The notes below the pieces were generated by a model. The model did no database searches. It was not told where the DNA came from and was given only the letters and a program-made list of their open reading frames with translations. The translations under genes were made by a program, and so were the position numbers. From Candidatus Gastranaerophilales bacterium (lineage in GTDB: Bacteria > Cyanobacteriota > Vampirovibrionia > Gastranaerophilales > Gastranaerophilaceae), in the NCBI GenBank assembly GCA_944323935.1, contig CALUUJ010000004.1:15062-79061 (forward strand): a stretch of DNA of 64,000 nucleotides. Direction: 5' to 3'. Shown piece after piece: positions 38,126 to 47,456 of this stretch (position 1 is its first letter; every line of letters begins with the position of its first letter).

Positions 38126-39130
38126 ATGAAAATGAAAACTCATAATGTGGCAGTTATTGGTTGTGGTATTTGGGGTAAGAATGTTGTAAGAAACTTTTAT
38201 AACCTTAATGCTCTTCACACTGTATGTGATTTAGATGAAGAAAACAGAAAAAATTTAAAGAATCAATATCCGGACGTAAACATAATTGCAGACTCTAATG
38301 AGGTATTTAATAATCCTGATATAGAAGCAGTAGCTGTTGTTACACCAAGCCACACACATTATAAAATAGTAAAAAAAGCAATAGAATCAGGTAAACATGT
38401 TTATGTAGAAAAACCAATTTCAACCGTTTCGGCAGAAGCAAAAGCATTAACTGATTTGGCAGATAAAAACAATATGGTTCTAATGGTCGGACACTTATTA
38501 ATGTACCATCCAGCAGTTAACAGATTAAAAATGCTAATTAATGAAGGAGTGCTTGGTGAAATCAGATATGTACAAAGTGACAGATTAAATATTAATCACT
38601 TCAAAAATGACAGAAGTGTTATGTGGGATTTAGCACCTCATGATGTTTCAATGACCAGCTATATATTAGGGAAAGAACCTGTCAGAGTAATAAGTGCAGT
38701 TGGGGCATCTTCAGATAACAATGATATTATGGATGTAACACACGTAACAATTGAATATGAGGGCGGAATTATAGCTCATTTATCAGACAGTTGGATACAT
38801 CCGCAAAAAAGAGTTAATTTACTTGTAAGAGGAACAAAAGCTACAGCTATTTTTGATGATACCGTTGCTGAGAATAAACTTCAAATTTTTGAAAGTTCTT
38901 CCCCCAAAGTTTCTAAAAATGAAATACTGGATTATATTGAGATTGAACCTTTAAAATTAGAATGTCAACATTTTCTGACTTGTATTGAACAAGGAAAACA
39001 AGCAAGAAGTGACGGACATAACGGATTTAATGTAGTAAAAGTTTTGGAAGAAGCTGAAAAAATTATGCTGGGTGAGAAAGTTAAGGCGTTAGATTCAGTT
39101 AATTTTGCTCTTTCAAGAAGTAAAAAATAA
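38126..39130 (+). CDS. Gfo/Idh/MocA-family NAD(P)-dependent oxidoreductase
   Basis: Has an N-terminal Rossmann motif VAVIGCGIWGKN and the family EKP motif (VYVEKP), with a C-terminal alpha/beta domain. Confidence 0.8.
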   Translation: MKMKTHNVAVIGCGIWGKNVVRNFYNLNALHTVCDLDEENRKNLKNQYPDVNIIADSNEVFNNPDIEAVAVVTPSHTHYKIVKKAIESGKHVYVEKPISTVSAEAKALTDLADKNNMVLMVGHLLMYHPAVNRLKMLINEGVLGEIRYVQSDRLNINHFKNDRSVMWDLAPHDVSMTSYILGKEPVRVISAVGASSDNNDIMDVTHVTIEYEGGIIAHLSDSWIHPQKRVNLLVRGTKATAIFDDTVAENKLQIFESSSPKVSKNEILDYIEIEPLKLECQHFLTCIEQGKQARSDGHNGFNVVKVLEEAEKIMLGEKVKALDSVNFALSRSKK

Positions 39131-39149
39131 TAGTATTGGGGACATTATA

Positions 39150-39791
39150 ATGGCAAATTTATTAACAATTTTAAGAATGATACTTACAGTTTTTGCTATC
39201 GAACTCTTATTTTCAGGCAGACCTGATTTTGCTATCACTTCAGTTTTTTTAACATTGTTTGTAATTATACTTGATGGGCTGGATGGAGTTGTTGCTCGTG
39301 CTTTAAATGAACAATCAAAGTTCGGATCTGTTTTTGATATTTTAGGCGATAGAGTTGTTGAAAATCTTTATTGGATTGCCTTTGCCGTAATTGGCTGGGT
39401 TGGGGCTTGGGTACCAATGGTTGTAGTGGCAAGAGGTATTCTTACTGACGGTCTTAGAAGCATTGCTTTAGCTCAAGGATATACAGCTTTCGGTTCTTCT
39501 ACAATGATGCAGAACAAATTTTTTCACTTCTTAACAGCATCAAGGTTTTCTCGCGCTGTTTATGGTTTTGCGAAAACACTTGTATTTATTATGCTAATTG
39601 TTGCAAACATTCCTAATATGGAGTATTTTGACGGAATGACCGTTAATTCTTTCTTATTTTATAATGATATTCAGCCTTGTTTAATTAAAATTGCAGATAT
39701 TCTTGTTTATATAACTGTTGCAATGTGTATTATAAGAGGTGTACCTGTCTTAATAGAAAGTAAAAGATTTATTAATAATGATAAAGAGTAA
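39150..39791 (+). CDS. CDP-alcohol phosphatidyltransferase family membrane protein
   Basis: Has the signature DGLDGVVARALNEQSKFGSVFDILGDRVVE (D-x2-DG-x2-AR...G-x3-D-x3-D) and multiple TM helices. The start is set at ATG 39150 (MANLL). Confidence 0.8.
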   Translation: MANLLTILRMILTVFAIELLFSGRPDFAITSVFLTLFVIILDGLDGVVARALNEQSKFGSVFDILGDRVVENLYWIAFAVIGWVGAWVPMVVVARGILTDGLRSIALAQGYTAFGSSTMMQNKFFHFLTASRFSRAVYGFAKTLVFIMLIVANIPNMEYFDGMTVNSFLFYNDIQPCLIKIADILVYITVAMCIIRGVPVLIESKRFINNDKE

Positions 39792-40236
39792 ATTCAATAT
39801 TGTATTAATAGAACCTGAAATACCACAAAACACAGGAAATATTGCAAGACTTTGTGCTTGTACGGGTTCAGATTTATTTTTAGTTGGGAAGTTAGGTTTT
39901 TCTTTGACAGAAAAGCATCTAAAAAGAGCAGGATTAGATTATTGGAATAGCGTAAAAATATATAAATATGATTGTCTTGCTGATTTAAAAGTGAAATTCC
40001 CTAATTCAAAATTTTATTATCTTACAACAAAATCTAAAAATTTATATACAAAAAAATATTTTAATCCGGAAGATTTTTTTGTTTTTGGTCCTGAAACAAG
40101 AGGCATACCGGAATCAATTCTTAATGAAAATAAAGATGATTCAATTACAATTCCAATGATTGAAGGACAAAGGAGTTTAAATCTTGCAAATTCAGTAGCG
40201 ATTGTTTTATATGAGGCAATAAGACAAAATGGTTAA
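39778..40236 (+). CDS. trmL: tRNA (cytidine/uridine-34 2'-O)-methyltransferase, SpoU/TrmL family
   Basis: Is 152 aa, with IVLIEPEIPQNTGNIARLCA, FGPETRGIP and SLNLANSVAIVLYEA (SPOUT knot motifs). Confidence 0.85.
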   Translation: MIKSKFNIVLIEPEIPQNTGNIARLCACTGSDLFLVGKLGFSLTEKHLKRAGLDYWNSVKIYKYDCLADLKVKFPNSKFYYLTTKSKNLYTKKYFNPEDFFVFGPETRGIPESILNENKDDSITIPMIEGQRSLNLANSVAIVLYEAIRQNG

Positions 40237-41098
40237 ATTGATTGATAATAAATTAGTTTATGGAAAACTTCCCAAAAGACCGGAGGACTCAAATAAAGGA
40301 ACTTTCGGGAAAGTATTAAATGTGGCAGGTTCAAAATCATTTATAGGAGCAGCTTTTCTTTCTTCTATCTCGGCCTTAAAAATCGGTGCAGGATATGTTT
40401 CGCTTGCTTGCCCGTCAGAGATCGTTCCCATAATTGCACCTATGGCTCCGGAACTCACATATATTCATTTAAAAACAGATAAAAACGGGCTTATTTCCGC
40501 TGAAAATTCTATTGAAAATTTATATTCATATAATGTTCTTTCAATGGGTTGCGGTATATCAGTAAGTGATGATATAAAGAAATTTGTATGTTATCTGCTA
40601 AATAATATAAATAAGACTCAAAAAGTTGTAATTGATGCGGACGGAATTAATGTTCTTTCAAACCACAAAGGTGAAATTTCTTTAAAAAACACAGTTATAA
40701 CTCCACATCCAAGAGAGCTTTCTAGATTATTGAATGTTTCTGTTGAAGAAATTCTTGAAAATAGAGAAAAATACGCACGCATAACATCACAAACATATGA
40801 ATGTATCACTGTATTAAAAGGGCATCACAGCATAGTAACAAACGGAGAAAAAATATTCATTAATCAATCCGGTTCTTCCGCTCTGGCAAAAGCAGGTACC
40901 GGAGATGTGTTAACAGGCATTATTGCCGGTTTGCTTGCACAAAAACTAGCACCTCTAGATGCTGCAATAATTGGTACATATTTACACGGATTAGCAGGAG
41001 ATATTGCAGCAGCAGATTTGACGAAATACTCCGTTTTAGCGACAGACATAATTGACTATTTGCCATTTGCACTGAAAATGGTATTATCAGAAGAATAG
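40229..41098 (+). CDS. nnrD: ADP-dependent NAD(P)H-hydrate dehydratase (YjeF C-terminal domain)
   Basis: Has KGTFGKVLNVAGS, GAAFLSSISALKIGAGYV, ITPHPRE and GTGDVLTGIIAGL. Confidence 0.85.
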   Translation: MVKLIDNKLVYGKLPKRPEDSNKGTFGKVLNVAGSKSFIGAAFLSSISALKIGAGYVSLACPSEIVPIIAPMAPELTYIHLKTDKNGLISAENSIENLYSYNVLSMGCGISVSDDIKKFVCYLLNNINKTQKVVIDADGINVLSNHKGEISLKNTVITPHPRELSRLLNVSVEEILENREKYARITSQTYECITVLKGHHSIVTNGEKIFINQSGSSALAKAGTGDVLTGIIAGLLAQKLAPLDAAIIGTYLHGLAGDIAAADLTKYSVLATDIIDYLPFALKMVLSEE

Positions 41099-41108
41099 GT
41101 TCTTTTCT

Positions 41109-42035
41109 ATGTCAAGTGATTCAATAAACGAAATAAAAGATAAACTAAAACAGAATCCAAACGATGTTAAATTAATTGAAGAATATGCTATAGCATTATC
41201 CGATACTGGAGAAAATCAAGAAGCATTAAAAAATTTCATATATCTAAAAAAAGTTTCTCCTGATAATCCTCATGTTTACTATAATATTGGTATTATATTG
41301 GAAAAGCTGGGAAAGAACGATGACGCAATTATTTCTTATGAAAAAGCTCTATCGATTGCGCCAAATGACACTGATATTATGTATAACCTTGCAAATGTAT
41401 ATATAAAAACCGAATTATACGATGAAGCAGAAAATCTTTTATTAAAAGTTGTTGATATTGATAAGAATGACGAAAATTGTTATTTTCATTTGGGAGAAAT
41501 ATATACAAGAAAAAAAAATTTTGAAAAATCAATCATATATTTAAAAAAAGCACTTGAATTAAAAAGTGATGATATTTTTGCAAAATTTTATCTTGCATAT
41601 GCAAATAAACAAATCGGTAACATTGAATTGGCAATAAAATATTATGAAGACGTTATATCTCAGAATCAAGATTATAGTTGGGCGTATTATAATTTAGCAT
41701 CTATATATTTGGAACAAAGCAACGAAGAACAAGCTATATTATATTTAGAAAAAACAATTAAGACTAATCCTCATGATTTAAAAGCTATAAAAATGATTGT
41801 AAAATTATTTTCAAAACATAAAAAATACTCGGCAGCAGAAAAAATATTAAGACAAGCAATGCAGACTATGCCTGACGAAGCAGATATATACTATTTTCTG
41901 GCTAGAGTATACAAAGAATTAAAAAGCCGAATTAATTATGTAAAATATTTAAAAATGACATTAAAAAAACAGATAACTTTTTCCGGAGATATAAATACTT
42001 TAAAAGAGGAAATAAAAGAAGCTGAAAAGAGATAA
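41109..42035 (+). CDS. TPR-repeat protein
   Basis: Has consecutive 34-aa TPR units (AIISYEKALSIAPNDTDIMYNLANVYIKTELYDEA, and others). Confidence 0.8.
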   Translation: MSSDSINEIKDKLKQNPNDVKLIEEYAIALSDTGENQEALKNFIYLKKVSPDNPHVYYNIGIILEKLGKNDDAIISYEKALSIAPNDTDIMYNLANVYIKTELYDEAENLLLKVVDIDKNDENCYFHLGEIYTRKKNFEKSIIYLKKALELKSDDIFAKFYLAYANKQIGNIELAIKYYEDVISQNQDYSWAYYNLASIYLEQSNEEQAILYLEKTIKTNPHDLKAIKMIVKLFSKHKKYSAAEKILRQAMQTMPDEADIYYFLARVYKELKSRINYVKYLKMTLKKQITFSGDINTLKEEIKEAEKR

Positions 42036-42070
42036 CAAAAATGAGAGTTCAGAATAGAACTCTCATTTTT
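42036..42070. terminator. Bidirectional intrinsic terminator (TPR gene on +, SRP RNA on -)
   Basis: Has a 10-bp perfect stem, atgagagttc (42041-42050) with gaactctcat (42057-42066), and a 6-nt loop. An A-run precedes it and a T-run follows. Confidence 0.8.
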
Positions 42071-42327
42071 GCCGTGCCACTATCTATCGGCAAATACAAA
42101 TACAGTTTTCGTTATATATACCTACTTCGAAAATAAATACACCCATAGTTTACACCTTAGTGCTGCTACGTTCCCGTCCTGACACGGTTCGATGGACTAT
42201 GCCATAAATACCTGCGCTATCAACAATATATATAAAGTCTGCCGTATTCATACAGGCCTCACAATAGGCTCTGCACCCCGCTATGCGTTCGGGTCAAGGG
42301 ATCCGCAATGTCCCCGTGGAGCACGGC
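42071..42327 (-). ncRNA. ffs: Signal recognition particle RNA, long (Alu-domain-containing) form
   Basis: The minus strand contains the conserved helix-8 core GUGUCAGGACGGGAACGUAGCAGCACUAAGG (compare GUCAGGUCCGGAAGGAAGCAGC, with an apical GGAA tetraloop). The termini GCCGUGC...GCACGGC pair to close the molecule. GC content is locally elevated. A promoter lies directly upstream and a terminator directly downstream. Confidence 0.85.
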
Positions 42328-42333
42328 TTTATA

Positions 42334-42362
42334 ATTATAAAATAAAAATATTTACATCGCAA
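42334..42362 (-). promoter_or_regulatory. Near-consensus sigma70 promoter for the SRP RNA
   Basis: Read on the minus strand it is TTGCGA (42362-42357), a 17-nt spacer, TATAAT (42339-42334), then 6 nt to the G at 42327. It abuts the enolase stop codon. Confidence 0.65.
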
Positions 42363-42363
42363 A

Positions 42364-43611
42364 TTAATTATTACGTGCTATTTCTTCTTCAATTCTAATT
42401 AATTGATTATATTTGACTGTTCTTTCACTTCTTGCAATTGCACCTGCTTTTATTTGTCCGGCATTTACCCCTACTGCCAAATCAGAAATAAATGTATCTT
42501 CTGTTTCTCCGCTCCTATGAGAAATAATTGTTTTATAGTTATTCTTCTTGGCAAGCTGAATTGTATCTAATGTTTCAGTTAATGTTCCTGTTTGATTTGG
42601 CTTAATTAATATTGCATTTGCCATTTTTTCCTCAATACCTTTTTCCAATTTCTTATAATTTGTTACAAATAAATCATCTCCAACAAACTGACATTTTTGA
42701 CCCAGTTGTTCTGTTAGTTTTTTCCATCCTATGTAGTCTTCTTGATTTAAACCATCTTCAATTGAGTGGATAGGATAGTTCTTTACAAGCTCAGATATGT
42801 AGATAATCATTTCATCACTATTTAACTCTTTTTCCTCACTTTCTAACAAGTATTTCCCATCTTTATAAAACTCTGAAGCAGCAATATCCAGACAAATTTT
42901 TATCTCATTAGTGGTATATCCTGCATTATTTATTGCTTGAATTATCAAATCTAAAGCTTCTTTATTTGTGTTTATATTAGGAGCGAACCCTCCTTCATCT
43001 CCAACTGAAGTAGAAAAACCCTCATCATTTATTATTTTTTTTAATGCATAATATGTCTCGGCACAAATTTTTATACTTTGTTTTATTGAGTCACTGCATA
43101 TCGGCTGAATCATAAACTCTTGAAAATCCAGCTTATTATTGGCATGTCTTCCACCATTTATTATATTCATCATTGGTACAGGAATAATATTTCCGAATAT
43201 ACCTCCTATATATTTATATAGAGGAATATCAATTTCTTTTGCTGCAGCTCTAGCAACCGCAAATGACACACTTAAAATAGCATTTGCACCATAATTTGAC
43301 TTATTGTCTGTCCCATCGCATTCACACATTAATAAATCAATTTTTTTTTGATTAAATACATTTTGTCCTAATAAAATTGGTCTAATTAAATGTTCTATAT
43401 TGCTGATTGCTTTATATACACTTTTTCCACAGAACACATTTTTGTCACTATCTCTTAATTCTACTGCTTCGAATTTTCCTGTAGAAGCGCCTGATGGAAC
43501 TGATGCTCTGCCAAAGACACCACTATCTAAAATTACATCTGTCTCTATTGTAGGATTGCCCCTAGAATCTATTATTTGTCTTGACTTAATATCTTTTATT
43601 TTTGATTTCAC
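42364..43611 (-). CDS. eno: Enolase (phosphopyruvate hydratase)
   Basis: The N-terminus IKDIKSRQIIDSRGNPTIETDV, SVPSGASTGKFEA, DVAASEF-like IAASEFY, IEDGL and SHRSGETEDTFISDLAV are diagnostic. Confidence 0.93.
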   Translation of the reverse strand: MKSKIKDIKSRQIIDSRGNPTIETDVILDSGVFGRASVPSGASTGKFEAVELRDSDKNVFCGKSVYKAISNIEHLIRPILLGQNVFNQKKIDLLMCECDGTDNKSNYGANAILSVSFAVARAAAKEIDIPLYKYIGGIFGNIIPVPMMNIINGGRHANNKLDFQEFMIQPICSDSIKQSIKICAETYYALKKIINDEGFSTSVGDEGGFAPNINTNKEALDLIIQAINNAGYTTNEIKICLDIAASEFYKDGKYLLESEEKELNSDEMIIYISELVKNYPIHSIEDGLNQEDYIGWKKLTEQLGQKCQFVGDDLFVTNYKKLEKGIEEKMANAILIKPNQTGTLTETLDTIQLAKKNNYKTIISHRSGETEDTFISDLAVGVNAGQIKAGAIARSERTVKYNQLIRIEEEIARNN

Positions 43612-43691
43612 AAATTATCCCCTTTTTTTGAATATTCTCATATTCTTATGAAATATGGTATAATCTACATGTATATTTCTTTGGAGGAAAA

Positions 43692-44429
43692 ATGAAAAGT
43701 ACAAATCCTATTTTTAATGAAAGTGTTTATGAACAAGCATATGCTTTGACGGAAAAGCCTATGACCGTTGCCGGTACAATGAATAAACTTTTGATTTTAT
43801 CACTTATAATGATAGTTTCTGCGGCGGCTGTATATTATCAGTTTTCAATGGGACGTTATGATTTTGTTAATATTCTCATGTGGATAGGTCTTATAGTAGG
43901 ACTGGTTCTTGGTATAGCAATTCCTTTTATGAAAGATAAATCACCGTATTTGGCTCCAATATATGCTTTTGCGGAAGGGGCTTTAATTTCAGGTGTTTCT
44001 TGTTTCTTTGAAAAAATGTACGAAGGTATTGTTACACAAGCAATTTCGGTTACTTTTTTAGTTGTATTCTCAATGGCTATATTGTATAGAACAGGTATAA
44101 TCAAGGCTACTCAAAAATTTAGGGCTATAATTCTAACTGCTACACTAGCTGTTGGTTTATTCTATTTAATAGCAATTATTTTATTATTGTTTAAGGTAAA
44201 TGTTCCATATTTTTACAACAATTCTAATCTTGCAATTGGAGTTAATGTTGTTATTGCACTTATTGCTGCATTAAATTTAATTATTGACTTCGATAATATT
44301 GATAATGGTGTTAAGGCTAATTTACCTTCTTATTTTGAATGGTATTGTTCTTTTGGTCTGTTAGTAACAATTGTATGGCTTTATATTGAAATATTAAGGT
44401 TATTGGCAAGAACAAGAAGTCGCAATTAA
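43692..44429 (+). CDS. Bax-inhibitor-1/YccA-like integral membrane protein
   Basis: Is 245 aa with about 7 TM helices and the N-terminal STNPIF motif seen in BI-1-like bacterial proteins. Confidence 0.6.
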   Translation: MKSTNPIFNESVYEQAYALTEKPMTVAGTMNKLLILSLIMIVSAAAVYYQFSMGRYDFVNILMWIGLIVGLVLGIAIPFMKDKSPYLAPIYAFAEGALISGVSCFFEKMYEGIVTQAISVTFLVVFSMAILYRTGIIKATQKFRAIILTATLAVGLFYLIAIILLLFKVNVPYFYNNSNLAIGVNVVIALIAALNLIIDFDNIDNGVKANLPSYFEWYCSFGLLVTIVWLYIEILRLLARTRSRN

Positions 44430-44456
44430 TAACTCAAATCTTTATTTAATAAAAAA

Positions 44457-44482
44457 AGACCGATATAAACTCGGTCTTTTTT
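44457..44482. terminator. Bidirectional intrinsic terminator between convergent genes
   Basis: Has stem agaccga (44457-44463) with tcggtct (44471-44477) and a 7-nt loop, between an A-run and a T-run. Confidence 0.65.
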
Positions 44483-45461
44483 ATAATTCATTTCTACATG
44501 TTCCTGTATTATAAAAATCCAGCAGATTATTTAAACTATTTATAATCATTTCATTAACAGCTGAATCTGTAAAAAATGCCATATGCTGTGTAAGAATTAC
44601 ATTTGGAAATTGTCTTAGATATGCCATATCTCTATTTTTTATTATATCTGTTGAGAAGTAATGATGATATATTTCATCTTCATTATCAAATACATCCAAA
44701 GCAAGTGCACCAATTTTTTGTGTTTCAATACCTTCAATTAAATCTTGTATGTTTGTCAACTCACTTCTTGCTGTATTTACAATTATAACTCCATCTTTCA
44801 TTTTTGATATGCTTTTTTTATTTATTATTTCTTTGTTTTCAGGGGTTAATGGTACGTGTATTGTAATAATATCTGATTCTTTCAAAAGTTTATCAAAATC
44901 AACATATTCAGCAAACTCTTTTACTGAATTATTTTGATATTTGTCATATGCAAGAATTTTACATCCAAAGCCTGATAGATTTTTAATTACTGTATATCCT
45001 ATTCTGCCTGTACCGATGACGCCCACGGTCATATGTCTCATTTCTTTTCCCATAAGACCATTTAGAGTGTAGTCATTTACATTTTGTCTCCACATTGCAG
45101 GTTTATATTTTCTTATTGTAAGTAGCATTAACATTATTGTAAAATCTGCGACTCCGTTTGGAGCATATGTTACATTACAAACTTTAAACCCAAGTTCTTT
45201 TGCGTACTCTAAGTCATAATGATTATAACCAATAGTTCTCGTAGAAATGTATTTTACACCGTAGCTTTTTATTTTATCCAGCAGTTCTTTATCTAATTTA
45301 CTGAATCCAAGCGTTGTAATAGCATCTGCATTTTTACATAATGATATTGTTTTATCATCTAAAATTTCATCAGTACTAACAATTTCAACTCCTGTCTGTT
45401 TTTGAAATTCATTAATTATTTTTTCTTCGTATGGCCTTTTTTCAAAAACTACTATTTTCAT
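44481..45461 (-). CDS. D-isomer-specific 2-hydroxyacid dehydrogenase (D-lactate dehydrogenase-like)
   Basis: Has NAD-binding GVIGTGRIGYTV and the catalytic region ARSELT...ALDVF...LTQHMAFFT (Arg/Glu/His triad pattern). Its start lies 1 nt after the stop of the upstream radical SAM gene. Confidence 0.8.
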   Translation of the reverse strand: MKIVVFEKRPYEEKIINEFQKQTGVEIVSTDEILDDKTISLCKNADAITTLGFSKLDKELLDKIKSYGVKYISTRTIGYNHYDLEYAKELGFKVCNVTYAPNGVADFTIMLMLLTIRKYKPAMWRQNVNDYTLNGLMGKEMRHMTVGVIGTGRIGYTVIKNLSGFGCKILAYDKYQNNSVKEFAEYVDFDKLLKESDIITIHVPLTPENKEIINKKSISKMKDGVIIVNTARSELTNIQDLIEGIETQKIGALALDVFDNEDEIYHHYFSTDIIKNRDMAYLRQFPNVILTQHMAFFTDSAVNEMIINSLNNLLDFYNTGTCRNEL

Positions 45462-45462
45462 T

Positions 45463-46458
45463 TTAAAATCCTGCTATATTTTCTTCTCTTGACTTTTCTA
45501 CTTCACATTTTACTTGAAAAATTTGTCCATATAACTCACAATTCATATCCATTTCTTTTGCTTTGGCTTGTGTATAATTCATTAAATTATATATTGGAAT
45601 TAAGTCATTATCTACATTTTTCATAATCCAGTTAAAGTCGAGGTTTAATACTACACTCTTTATATTTATATTTTTGCATTTTTCGAGCCAAAGTTTTATT
45701 TCTTCTTCTGTATCGTTTAAGCCAGGTACTATTATATATTTCGCCTTGACATAATCTGCACCTATAGGCTGGTTCTTTGCATATTCTTTTAGGTTTTTCC
45801 ACACTTTATCATATGATTTGACCTGCTTTACTTTCTCATGTACCTCTTTTGTTCCAGCATCTATTGATACTAAAACACGAACCACACCTTTTCTCAATCC
45901 TTTGATTATAGAATTACTTTTTTTAATCGCATTAGTATGTATTATTATTTTGGTAAAATCGTATTTTATAAATTCATTTAATAGAGCTTCAAATTCTCTG
46001 TATATTGTAGGTTCTCCGCCTGCAAAATCTATAGTGCCATCTTTTTTTAAGATGTTGTTTTTTATCATATCTTTTATTAAAGGAAGAACTTTATAAACTT
46101 TAGTTTTTTCCAGCACTTCTTTATCTCTAGGTGCTTGGCAATATATACAATTAGAATTACAAGGAACCCATGGAGTAAGTAGCAAGTAATCAATATAATC
46201 GTCATCATCCCAATTCTTAAATGATGTATTTACACAATTTTTACAAAGTTCAGGACTAGTCTTCTCTCTATATTTTTTTCTCAATTCTCTTTTTATACCA
46301 AAAAATTCTTTCCAGTCTATTTTTTGTCCTTGATAATTCTCATATATAATTGGTCTTCCGCCATATCTCGGATTAAAGTTATTACAAGAACGTATACGAT
46401 TACAATGGTCAAGAACCATTCCGTGTTCTATATAACTACAACTTTCAAAGCCTTCCAA
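45463..46458 (-). CDS. Radical SAM enzyme with N-terminal Cys-rich module (paralog P2)
   Basis: Has CNSNCIYC (CxxxCxxC), FAGGEPTI, IHTNA, SIDAGTKEVHEKVKQVKSYDKVWKNLKEYA and IVPGLNDTEEE. The N-terminal module has SC.YIEHG and CKNC...W. Confidence 0.8.
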   Translation of the reverse strand: MEGFESCSYIEHGMVLDHCNRIRSCNNFNPRYGGRPIIYENYQGQKIDWKEFFGIKRELRKKYREKTSPELCKNCVNTSFKNWDDDDYIDYLLLTPWVPCNSNCIYCQAPRDKEVLEKTKVYKVLPLIKDMIKNNILKKDGTIDFAGGEPTIYREFEALLNEFIKYDFTKIIIHTNAIKKSNSIIKGLRKGVVRVLVSIDAGTKEVHEKVKQVKSYDKVWKNLKEYAKNQPIGADYVKAKYIIVPGLNDTEEEIKLWLEKCKNINIKSVVLNLDFNWIMKNVDNDLIPIYNLMNYTQAKAKEMDMNCELYGQIFQVKCEVEKSREENIAGF

Positions 46459-46469
46459 TTTTTATTCCT

Positions 46470-47456
46470 TTACATCAAATTATATTCTGTCACTAAATAT
46501 CTAAAATTATTATATTCTACCAAATTTAAATCAAGCTCTTTTGCTCTTAGTATTATATAATTGCAGAGATCTATAAGATATTTTGGTTTTTCTTCGTTTT
46601 TAGCTCTTAGTTCTTTGCAGTAATCATTTTCAATATCAATAACAATTGAATTTATTCCTGATTTTATAGTTAAATCCATCCATTTATCAATTTCATTTTT
46701 ATTTGTATTTACATTAGGAATTAATATAAATTTTGATTCGACAAAAACTTTATTATCAATATCTTTTTGAGCTTTTGCATATTTTTTTGCATTTTCCCAA
46801 AATTTATCAAACTTATCAACTCTTTTTACTGCTTTGTATGTTTCTTTTGTACCAGAATCCGCAGACAAACACACAGACAACTTCTTTTCTTTAATACCTC
46901 TTTCAATTGCTTTCGAATATTTTATTCCAGAAGAATGAACCGTTATACGCTCGGCTCCATTTTTTAATAAAAAAGTGACTAATTCTTCAAATTCATTCAA
47001 AATAGTCGGTTCACCACCTGCAAAAGTTATTTCACCATCTGGTTTAAATAATTTTTTCTTAAATAAATCTTTAATAATAGGCAATACTTTGTAGTGTGGT
47101 CTGGAATTAAATGCTTTTTTGTCCCATTTTGTATAACAATATATACAGTCACTATTACAATGAGTCCAATGATTAAAATGGATATAGTTTATATATGGTA
47201 TTGATTCTTCCCACCCTCTATAAACTAAATTAAAACAGCCTTCACATCTTGGATCAATAATTCCGTTTTTATTGTCACTAATAAATTTTTCTTTTAGCTT
47301 TAATATGTCGTCCCAAGTAACACCTTTACCATTATAACTTTCCTTTATATAAAGCCTGCCACCACCTTTATGACAACACAAACAGCACATCTCTATATGA
47401 TCATTTTCAAAACTTAAACCGTGTTGGAGCCAATGACAACTTGTATATTCTTGCAT
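46470..47456 (-). CDS. Radical SAM enzyme with N-terminal Cys-rich module (paralog P3)
   Basis: Has CNSDCIYC, FAGGEPTI, VHSSGIKYSKAIERG and LIPNVNTNKNE. The N-terminal module has SCHWLQHG, MCCLCC and CEGC...W. Confidence 0.8.
   Translation of the reverse strand: MQEYTSCHWLQHGLSFENDHIEMCCLCCHKGGGRLYIKESYNGKGVTWDDILKLKEKFISDNKNGIIDPRCEGCFNLVYRGWEESIPYINYIHFNHWTHCNSDCIYCYTKWDKKAFNSRPHYKVLPIIKDLFKKKLFKPDGEITFAGGEPTILNEFEELVTFLLKNGAERITVHSSGIKYSKAIERGIKEKKLSVCLSADSGTKETYKAVKRVDKFDKFWENAKKYAKAQKDIDNKVFVESKFILIPNVNTNKNEIDKWMDLTIKSGINSIVIDIENDYCKELRAKNEEKPKYLIDLCNYIILRAKELDLNLVEYNNFRYLVTEYNLM

Noticed and set aside
42192-42398. 68-aa plus-strand ORF in the supplied track.
   Set aside because: Lies antisense across the SRP RNA and its promoter. 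The open frame is explained by the GC-rich structured RNA, and no SD is present.
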